Source of the DNA: Bacilli bacterium
GTDB taxonomy: Bacteria; Bacillota_I; Bacilli_A; RFN20; CAG-826
Reading direction: 5' to 3'
Assembly (NCBI GenBank): GCA_017651165.1
Contig: JAGCDH010000015.1
Location: forward strand, 13,748 to 77,747
DNA length: 64,000 nucleotides
The position numbers were made by a program, and so were the translations under genes. The first letter of the stretch is position 1; each line of letters opens with the position of its first letter. The notes beneath the pieces are model-generated. The model was given only the letters and a program-made list of their open reading frames with translations. It had not been told where the DNA came from and did no database searches. This document shows positions 30,729 to 38,247 of this stretch, one piece after another.

Positions 30729-31757
30729 CTATTTCCTGTTATCGTAGTTCTTCTTTAGCCATTCGGCGTTTTGTGCCATACATTCATTGAGCCAAGTAGA
30801 ACCTTTATCCGATAAATACCATTCAATGGTTTTCTTAATGCCAACTTCAAAAGTGGTAATTGGATCCCAACCTAATTCTTTATTAGCTTTCGCAGGATCA
30901 ATCGCATATCTTTGGTCGTGTCCATGTCTATCCGCGACAAATTCAATTAATGATACTGGTTTATTCAGTTCAGAAAGAATGCGTTTAACAATATACAAGT
31001 TATTTCTTTCGTTATGACCACCTAAGTTATATACTTCCCCTACTTTGCCTCTTTCTAATACCGCAAGGATACCTCTACAGTGGTCTTCAACATATAACCA
31101 GTCTCTAACATTAATGCCTTGACCGTAAACAGGTAGTTTTTGATCATGGTTAGCTTTATATATCATTAAAGGTATTAGTTTTTCTGGGAATTGATATGGG
31201 CCATAGTTATTAGAACATCTAGAGATAGTAACTGGTAGACCATAGGTACGGTAGTACGCTAATACTAATAGGTCCGCACTAGCTTTAGATGTGCTATATG
31301 GGCTAGATGTATGTAATGGAGTATCTTCGTGGAAGAATAAGTCTGGTCTATCTAATGGTAAATCACCATATACTTCATCAGTAGATACTTGATGATATCT
31401 TTCAATGCCGTATTTCCTACACGCATCCATTAAAACTTCTGTACCAATAATATTAGTGGTTAAGAAACTTTCTGGATCTAAGATAGATCTATCAACATGA
31501 GATTCTGCTGCAAAGTTAACAACAATATTTGGTTTTTCTTCTTCAAATATCTTATTAATTGCTTCTCTATCTCTAATATCAGTCTTATAGAACTTATAGT
31601 TAGGATTATTTAATTCTTCTTTGATAGTATTAGGATTAGCGGCATATGTTAAAGAATCAACATTCACCACTTTCCAGTCTTTTCTTTCATTTAATAATAA
31701 TTTGCAGAAGCAGTTACCAATAAAACCCGCTCCACCTGTCACTAATATTGTTTTCAT
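30729..31757 (-). CDS. rfbB: dTDP-glucose 4,6-dehydratase
   Basis: ILVTGGAGFIGNCF Rossmann motif, STDEVYG, YSTSKASAD (YxxxK); 342 aa. Confidence 0.9.
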   Translation of the reverse strand: MKTILVTGGAGFIGNCFCKLLLNERKDWKVVNVDSLTYAANPNTIKEELNNPNYKFYKTDIRDREAINKIFEEEKPNIVVNFAAESHVDRSILDPESFLTTNIIGTEVLMDACRKYGIERYHQVSTDEVYGDLPLDRPDLFFHEDTPLHTSSPYSTSKASADLLVLAYYRTYGLPVTISRCSNNYGPYQFPEKLIPLMIYKANHDQKLPVYGQGINVRDWLYVEDHCRGILAVLERGKVGEVYNLGGHNERNNLYIVKRILSELNKPVSLIEFVADRHGHDQRYAIDPAKANKELGWDPITTFEVGIKKTIEWYLSDKGSTWLNECMAQNAEWLKKNYDNRK

Positions 31758-31807
31758 ATCATTCTCCTTTCGGCGAGCAATGCATGAATCGATGCAATGC
31801 GAGCCAT
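31754..31807 (-). repeat. hairpin/mini-ORF element, full copy C (38-nt core 31770-31807; mini-ORF MARIASIHALLAERRMI)
   Basis: Minus strand ATGGCTCGCATTGC-ATCGATTCAT-GCATTGCTCGCCGA, directly followed by AAGGAGA. The mini-ORF stop overlaps the rfbB ATG as ATGA. Confidence 0.5.
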
Positions 31808-31814
31808 ATATTGC

Positions 31815-32846
31815 TTAGGTAACCTTCTTTGGTTTAAGTTTCAAAGTGTTGCCAATTATTACCGTCTTCATTATATAAACGTCTAGTTCCTTTTTGCGCG
31901 CAATTTCAATAATTGCGCCCTTGTCATATTCGCTTATCTTTTCGCCTAAATAAACTGCTTTGGGTTTTGCGACCCCTAGTTTAACATAATTATCATTTGC
32001 TCGACCAATGATGGGGTTGTAATTATAGCCAATGAGCCTCCATTCGTTTTCATAATACCACGGAAGTTTCTTTCTATAATATGCGTTTTGAATAAAATGA
32101 ATTGTCTCTTTTTCGTTATAGTTTTTAAGAGATTGCTCAAGAGGAAAAACAATTGGATTGTATCCTCCATCGGCATCAATCTTCTCCAAAACCGCATCTA
32201 TGTAATTATTGCACAAATCCGTAACATTGTATTTATCGTTTTGATAAATAACAGGTAGTAATGGATCATGAATGATGTCTTTATTGAAAGAATAGCCTTT
32301 AATGACATCTAGTTCCGAAACAATATCAAAGATAGATTCTTGATGCTCGATGCCTATTCTTCTTAAGGTACTGTAGTCATATTCAAGAACAAATCCAGTT
32401 GCCAATCCTGCATAATGTGCCCACATTATTTCTTGGTTAACATCAGTGGAAAAGCAAGCAAATGCATACACATTATTGCCAAATTGAATGTCTGGGGCCA
32501 AATCTCTCTCATAAATACAATTAACAAGTTCGTTTATTTGGCTACAATGTAAATTGTTTTGCTTTAATAATCTCTTTAAGAATTTATTATTCTTAACAAG
32601 ACTGCTTTTGATATGTTTTTTAATCTGTCTTTCAGAAAATCTAACAGCAGCATCGTATGGATCGTTAAACGCTACTGGGCAAGTTGCATATATCTCATCT
32701 TTTATGAATTGATTGATTGTGTGCTTATTAATTGGTCTATATCGGTATAGGGAAAACTTGTCATTATTGATAGCAATATTGACCTCTGTTTCTTTTTCCG
32801 TCCTAATTACTTTGACAGTGTAGTTTTTATTTTTCGCTATTTTCAT
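31815..32846 (-). CDS. DUF2971-family protein
   Basis: LYRYRPINKHTINQFIKDEIYATCPVAFNDPYD matches the DUF2971 N-terminal hallmark (Y.Y....l..l....l.f..p..fNDP.D). The start lies 9 nt after the paralog A stop. Confidence 0.55.
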   Translation of the reverse strand: MKIAKNKNYTVKVIRTEKETEVNIAINNDKFSLYRYRPINKHTINQFIKDEIYATCPVAFNDPYDAAVRFSERQIKKHIKSSLVKNNKFLKRLLKQNNLHCSQINELVNCIYERDLAPDIQFGNNVYAFACFSTDVNQEIMWAHYAGLATGFVLEYDYSTLRRIGIEHQESIFDIVSELDVIKGYSFNKDIIHDPLLPVIYQNDKYNVTDLCNNYIDAVLEKIDADGGYNPIVFPLEQSLKNYNEKETIHFIQNAYYRKKLPWYYENEWRLIGYNYNPIIGRANDNYVKLGVAKPKAVYLGEKISEYDKGAIIEIARKKELDVYIMKTVIIGNTLKLKPKKVT

Positions 32847-32855
32847 AGTCTACTT

Positions 32856-33581
32856 CTAATCCATCAGTTTTTGAAAATATCCATAAAGCGGACTATCTAA
32901 TCCAATAACTTGATTAGATGTCTCACTAAATGGATTACTAATCAATATTTTATTTTGATAAATATAATATTCGTTATTTTGATAATAAAAGCCAGAGAAA
33001 TATTTATCAGTGCCACTCATATTGCTGCTTATTAGATATCTACATTCTTTATCAGTAGTTATTGTTTCTGACGTTGGTAAATATGTATCAAGGGATATAG
33101 TTCCTTCATCTAAAGATAATTTAGTATCTAAATCTAAAGATAATAAATATGGAACAAAATTATCAAAGCCACTATAAGGATAATTGCTTAATCTATAATA
33201 ATAGACTTTAGATTCACTTCTAACTTCAATATTAAGATCAAATGATGTAGAAATATCACTATATGTTACTGATACCACATCCGTTAATATATCTTCATCA
33301 AATCCATCCACAACCAATTGATTCTTAACAATACCTTTAAATACCTCATCTATCTTATTAACACCATAATCATACTTTATAGAGGAACTATTACTAGATT
33401 GAGGGTCACTACTATTGTTATTACATTTCTTTAAACCAAGAAGAACAAGTAATAAAAGGATAACAATAAAAAGAAGAGTACCAATAACAGAAGCAATAAC
33501 TATTTTTAAGTCACGTTTCGCTTGTTTTTTCTTCTGCTCCTTATTATCTTGTTCCAACTCTTTTTTCTCTTTGTTTAACAT
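32856..33581 (-). CDS. membrane-anchored protein of unknown function (paralog A of 24479..25264)
   Basis: Lys/Glu-rich N-terminus, a single TM (IASVIGTLLFIVILLLLVLLGLKKC), Ser-rich linker, Tyr-rich ectodomain. Confidence 0.55.
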   Translation of the reverse strand: MLNKEKKELEQDNKEQKKKQAKRDLKIVIASVIGTLLFIVILLLLVLLGLKKCNNNSSDPQSSNSSSIKYDYGVNKIDEVFKGIVKNQLVVDGFDEDILTDVVSVTYSDISTSFDLNIEVRSESKVYYYRLSNYPYSGFDNFVPYLLSLDLDTKLSLDEGTISLDTYLPTSETITTDKECRYLISSNMSGTDKYFSGFYYQNNEYYIYQNKILISNPFSETSNQVIGLDSPLYGYFQKLMD

Positions 33582-33645
33582 AATATATTCCTTTTAATAG
33601 GCTATTCTAATAATAGTAAGATAAGGTTTATATTCTAACGAAATA

Positions 33646-34416
33646 TTATTTTAAACCGCAAATAATTCTATGATTTATTTCGTTACAAATATTATCTAAG
33701 TCTGGCATTAAATGGAATTCATCATAACCAAGTTTCTCTAAATATAAGAGCGCTTCCGCTCTGATGGCATCATCAATAATGATAATTTGAGATTTCTCGG
33801 CGATTCTATTCTCTACAGATTCTTTTGTTAATTTGGTCGGAACAACAAAAAGCCCTTGTTGGACAAGCATCCTTTGATTGCGATAGTTAGGCTTCGCTGT
33901 GTATATTCCAGTTTTCTTTGATAGTTTCTTAAATTCCTTATTTAGTATATCGCAATAAGGCACATCTATTTGAAATGCCATATCATCTAACGTCAGGGTT
34001 GCTGTTTTTGAATTAAAATATGGCTCTGACTTAATTGAGTCATATATAACGTTGGTATTTGTTTTATCGAGCGCATATATGATATATTCTCCGTCTTTTC
34101 CCTTGGCGTTTCTTAGGCAAAAGAATAATGCAACATAAGGATTGCTCGTGAAATCAATTAATCTAGTCATTAACCCACAATGTTGCGCCAGTGCAAGAAA
34201 TTCCCAACAGTTATTAGCGGTTGAATATAAACCATAGTATTTTTCGAATGTTTTTAATATTTGATATTCCTTTTTCGAATAGTCATTATCTCTGATTATT
34301 TTTGGATACAATTGATTCTTATTATTGACGCCACGAAATATAGCATTTCTTTCCATCAACTCGTCAAATAGTTGTTTTAATTCTACTAAAGTTTTTATTC
34401 TAATAACGCTTCCCAT
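33646..34416 (-). CDS. FRG-domain protein
   Basis: IFRGVNN (FRG motif) and LALAQHCGLMTRLIDFTSNPYVALFF (AQHyG.pT.llD.T block). AGGAG RBS. Confidence 0.65.
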   Translation of the reverse strand: MGSVIRIKTLVELKQLFDELMERNAIFRGVNNKNQLYPKIIRDNDYSKKEYQILKTFEKYYGLYSTANNCWEFLALAQHCGLMTRLIDFTSNPYVALFFCLRNAKGKDGEYIIYALDKTNTNVIYDSIKSEPYFNSKTATLTLDDMAFQIDVPYCDILNKEFKKLSKKTGIYTAKPNYRNQRMLVQQGLFVVPTKLTKESVENRIAEKSQIIIIDDAIRAEALLYLEKLGYDEFHLMPDLDNICNEINHRIICGLK

Positions 34417-34494
34417 AAAATCTCCTAATAATACATTTTTGAATCCAACGGCTTATAATCCTGACTCATTTTAGTGAACCCGACGTTTTATAAA

Positions 34495-36774
34495 CTATTC
34501 CTTGTTATCAATAGTCCACTTCAAAACATCTTCGAAATCTAAAAGGCAACAGTCAAATCCATACGATAATTCTTGATAAAAGCGATTGAGGTATTTATAT
34601 ATTTCATCCATGTTTGTTAGATTTCCACAATACAGGAACCTAAAACCAGTTTTATGAGTTCTAAGGCCTGTATTGATCAAATCGTTGAACGTTTTTAATT
34701 CTTGGTTTAATTGATTTAGGGTGCCATCAGCATTTCTTTGAAGAAGCATTCCGCTACTATCCACTGGAGCAAAATTATTAACGACCATTACAAGTGATCT
34801 GGATTTTTGTATTATTCTCGTTGTGTTGTTAAAACCAAGATCTCTATCTTCTTCATTGCAACAATAATTATTCAAAAACACTCTTATTCCATTTACACTT
34901 AATAAATCGCATAGTTTCTTGGCGGCGGCATAAGTGCCGTTTTCGCTACATGTCCCATGATACGCAATAAAAACATCGTAATCATAGTCTTCGTTAAGAT
35001 TTATCGTCGTCTCTGAAGCCATTATTTCGTTGATTCTATTTTGTATAATATCTCTTACCAAATCGCTTTTGGCATAAATGTTTAATGATGCAGTAGCACG
35101 AGTCATCAAAGTATATAGTTGCATATAAATATGTTGAAGGTTCTTCGTGTCTTTGTATGAAAACTCTTGCATTACATCTGGAATATATAAATAAATCGAT
35201 TCTGCTTCCCTAGAGATAATTTCGTATGGAGTTAAATAATACTTGGGAGCTATTTCATCGCTGAATAAGTAGTTAAAATAATCACTATAATTAGGTGGGA
35301 TTTTTGTTATGGTTTTATCACCACTTTCAAAATAATAACTAGTGACATTAGAAAGCGCTATCGAAACATAATGTTTTCTCTTACTTAAATCTTCTTCAAA
35401 AGCTTCTATAAAATCATCAGCATTATCAAAATTGATAATTTGATATTCACCAGGATTGATCGGTTTTATGCCGTCAAATCCTAACAGATATAAAATATTG
35501 GCCATTATTTCTTTTGGTATGCCTATAGTTTCATAAAACTTATGTTGTCTAAATGGCTTATCTGAGTAATACTCTTTGATTACATCAAATCCTTCGTCTT
35601 TATTAACGTTAATTCTTTGAAGATTATCACCAAAAAAGATTGTGCATTTATGGTTTTTAATATTCTTTATTGCCTCGAATGGATTAAACGCTGAATAATG
35701 CTTACCTGTATAGAAGCTGTTATAACTACCCATTCTTCCTAATCTTTGTGCTTCATCAACTATCAAAAAAGAAAAATCATCCACAAAAGATTTATCCATT
35801 TTGCTCTTTAGCCAACAACCGGTCTGCCTTGAAAAGTCATGATGATAAATCCTATTGCCAGGAAACTCTAAATTCATTGTTTTAAAAGCGCTCTTTAAAT
35901 CTTTATAAAACTTGTAATTCATCAAGAGAAGTTTGCAGTCTGGATACTTATTCAACAAAAGCATAGATAAAATGGTTTTGCCGCTTCTAGCCGGGCCTTC
36001 TATCGTAATATATTCAACGTTATTATCTATTTCAAAACAAATGTCATCATAGTTTTCCTTCGTTTGCTGAAATAATTCGAATTCACGTTCTCCCTTTGTA
36101 TAGGCATTAACACAATCAATTAATTCTTTATCTTTTGCTTCTGCTAAAACAAGTTCATCACTAACATTTTGAACAAATCTTACATAACGGGTAGCACCAA
36201 ATATTTCTGTTTTATTTGGATACTTTTTAAAAACAGAACTCGTATTCCAATAAAATATAGAAAAGTCATTCTTAGTTATTTGGCTCTTAGAATCGCAAAA
36301 GACCAAAACAATATAGACATACGAATGGACAAACCAAGCAAGGTGTCGCTTTTTAAGATTTCTAAAAATCATGTTGGCCAACCATTCGTCAAGAACCCCA
36401 CGATTTGTGGTTTCAGAGGCTAATAAACTGCTATTGATTGACCAATGAACATCAACATCTGGTTTATAAACAATAACATCTCTTTTAAGATTTGGAACAC
36501 GCGTACCAAAGGTAGTATTCCATAGGTTTTTATCAATAAAGCAGAAAAAACATGTTCTGGAATTGCGTTGCATTAAACGTCTGGTTTTGGTCAATCTTTC
36601 TGTCGTATCTTTAACAATGCTTGCATAAAAACAGTCAAAAGAAGGCATTGATAGTTTTTCAGAGATTGGTTTATCGAATTTAATATCCGCAATATGTTTG
36701 AAAAAATAGGAAATGTAGTCCTCCTCACGAGAAGGTGTGCTATTTAGTAGGAAATCTCTATAATTCACTTTCAT
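34495..36774 (-). CDS. multidomain protein: N-terminal putative PD-DxK nuclease-like region, DUF2075-type P-loop NTPase, C-terminal TIR domain
   Basis: Walker A EGPARSGKT, Walker B FLIVDEAQRL. C-terminal YDVFIAYHG...IRVFLNN...SLVMVVNN follows the TIR_2 pattern. N-terminal YKPDVDV...IVLVFCDSK is a tentative nuclease core. The track start at 36870 is TTG, so ATG at 36774 (GAAGAGGA upstream) was chosen. Confidence 0.6.
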   Translation of the reverse strand: MKVNYRDFLLNSTPSREEDYISYFFKHIADIKFDKPISEKLSMPSFDCFYASIVKDTTERLTKTRRLMQRNSRTCFFCFIDKNLWNTTFGTRVPNLKRDVIVYKPDVDVHWSINSSLLASETTNRGVLDEWLANMIFRNLKKRHLAWFVHSYVYIVLVFCDSKSQITKNDFSIFYWNTSSVFKKYPNKTEIFGATRYVRFVQNVSDELVLAEAKDKELIDCVNAYTKGEREFELFQQTKENYDDICFEIDNNVEYITIEGPARSGKTILSMLLLNKYPDCKLLLMNYKFYKDLKSAFKTMNLEFPGNRIYHHDFSRQTGCWLKSKMDKSFVDDFSFLIVDEAQRLGRMGSYNSFYTGKHYSAFNPFEAIKNIKNHKCTIFFGDNLQRINVNKDEGFDVIKEYYSDKPFRQHKFYETIGIPKEIMANILYLLGFDGIKPINPGEYQIINFDNADDFIEAFEEDLSKRKHYVSIALSNVTSYYFESGDKTITKIPPNYSDYFNYLFSDEIAPKYYLTPYEIISREAESIYLYIPDVMQEFSYKDTKNLQHIYMQLYTLMTRATASLNIYAKSDLVRDIIQNRINEIMASETTINLNEDYDYDVFIAYHGTCSENGTYAAAKKLCDLLSVNGIRVFLNNYCCNEEDRDLGFNNTTRIIQKSRSLVMVVNNFAPVDSSGMLLQRNADGTLNQLNQELKTFNDLINTGLRTHKTGFRFLYCGNLTNMDEIYKYLNRFYQELSYGFDCCLLDFEDVLKWTIDNKE

Positions 36775-36873
36775 CTTAGATCTACTATCCTCTTCACAAA
36801 AATAATAAGAAAAGATGATTGATAAATCAATCCAAACTAAGGAGCCAAACGCAATTAATATAATTAACAATCA

Positions 36874-36902
36874 ATAATAAAAATGGCGTTGTTTCCAACG
36901 CC
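36874..36902 (-). terminator. rho-independent terminator after the Abi_2/HEPN gene
   Basis: Minus strand GGCGTTG-GAAA-CAACGCC followed by ATTTTTATTATT. Confidence 0.7.
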
Positions 36903-36931
36903 ACTTATTTAAAATAGCAATAATATATTGC

Positions 36932-37603
36932 TTAAATAGTTTTCACAAACTTTCTTAAATCGGCAGTAATACCGCCATGACCATTTTTACCATGTCTATA
37001 TCTTTCAGGTAATAACTGTCTTAGATTCTTAATGTTGTTCTCCAGAGAATTTGATTGATATCCATCGACAGTGCAGCTCTTAAAATTATATGTTTTTAAA
37101 AACTTATGATGACCTATGCAATTCCTTAATTCTTTAACTGCTTGTAAGTTCTCGTTGGTGCCCACTCCACCAAATAGTTCGTCTTTATCCGACCGCGGTA
37201 ATGCTTGCACTTGTTGAATCAATGTTCCTAAATCTGTATCTTGAAGAATTTCAAATAATGGCTTTCCTTTAGTAATATTATCTTTAATGCTATTGTGGTT
37301 GCCTTTCCCGTTAATCCAGAACGATTGATTCAGATCATTTTCATATTTATTGGATATATAGGCTCTTATATATTCTTCTAATGTCGCTAGATAAATATAT
37401 AAAGTATCCCTTAATCCTTTATCTAAGCGTAGTTCGTCTGATATTTGTTTCCAGATTATTGCTTGGTTATTGTTCTCTTTTAAAAGATAATCATAAATCT
37501 CTTTATGAAGAGATAAACCCTTTACTTTAATGTAAAAAAGCGCGTCATCGCGCTCCTCATTACTATTGAATATTATTTTAGATAAGAATTGTTCTTTGGT
37601 CAT
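36932..37603 (-). CDS. Abi_2 (AbiD/AbiF-like) HEPN-domain protein
   Basis: LRLDKGLRDTLYIYLATLEEYIRAYISN and ELRNCIGHHKFL (Rx4H) fit the Abi_2 family pattern. The start overlaps the upstream stop as ATGA. Confidence 0.55.
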   Translation of the reverse strand: MTKEQFLSKIIFNSNEERDDALFYIKVKGLSLHKEIYDYLLKENNNQAIIWKQISDELRLDKGLRDTLYIYLATLEEYIRAYISNKYENDLNQSFWINGKGNHNSIKDNITKGKPLFEILQDTDLGTLIQQVQALPRSDKDELFGGVGTNENLQAVKELRNCIGHHKFLKTYNFKSCTVDGYQSNSLENNIKNLRQLLPERYRHGKNGHGGITADLRKFVKTI

Positions 37604-38241
37604 TTTGGTTGGTATTTATTATAGAAGTTATTCACTCCTTCATAGAATATATCAATTGTTGGAATTCTATTATTTTCGTGTTTTTTCTTTTCTTCTATGA
37701 TACGTGGTATCACAAACTCTTCAAGTAGTTCTCTTTGAGCGTTGCCACATAGATTATTAAATCTTTGATAAATATATGTATTCTTACTAGGTAGTTCAAC
37801 CCAAGTATATTGGTCTTTTCCGTTTCTTCTGATTCTTAGTGATTCAGTATGATCGATAATGACAAAATCAAAAGAGAACTTTTCTAAATCTGCATCAAAC
37901 TTATTATTGCTTTTAGAACATCTAACGGTCACCACTGTTGTGGAATCTTCCACCTTCTCATTCTTATTAGCGCATTCAGTGAAAGCACACAAAAATGCTT
38001 TCTTAATATCAGTGGGTTTAAGACTACCTTTGCAGTTATGTGTTAACACTATTTGGTAATCTAAATCATATTTACCATTACTATCTTGGATAACACATCT
38101 ACGTTTTTGAGAACCAATTAGTTTGATATTGAACTTATATAGCTTATGAATCTTCTTATGCTTTCTTACATCATGTATCAATTTATTCGCTCTAGCACGA
38201 GCTTCACGATATGAGTTGTAAGGAAGAAGTATGGGGATCAT
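37600..38241 (-). CDS. minimal nucleotidyltransferase-fold protein (MNT/SMODS-like)
   Basis: LIGSQKRRCVIQDSNGKYDLDYQIVL (GS...DxD) with a later acidic strand FSFDFVIID; 213 aa. Confidence 0.5.
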   Translation of the reverse strand: MIPILLPYNSYREARARANKLIHDVRKHKKIHKLYKFNIKLIGSQKRRCVIQDSNGKYDLDYQIVLTHNCKGSLKPTDIKKAFLCAFTECANKNEKVEDSTTVVTVRCSKSNNKFDADLEKFSFDFVIIDHTESLRIRRNGKDQYTWVELPSKNTYIYQRFNNLCGNAQRELLEEFVIPRIIEEKKKHENNRIPTIDIFYEGVNNFYNKYQPK

Positions 38242-38247
38242 TATATG

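Noticed and set aside
25309-31807. Interpretation of the repeated imperfect hairpins as integron attC sites delimiting gene cassettes.
   Set aside because: No integron integrase or attI is in the window. The arms lack the RYYYAAC/GTTRRRY core sites, one copy has only a single arm, and the elements are far shorter than typical attC sites. The cassette-junction placement is reported, but the integron label is unsupported.
36775-36870. TTG-initiated extension of the DUF2075-TIR ORF (MLIILIAFGSLVWIDL...).
   Set aside because: The start codon is TTG directly abutting the upstream terminator, leaving no room for a promoter, and the extension is hydrophobic junk-like. ATG at 36774 has a GA-rich RBS. 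The longer form is retained only as an alternative.
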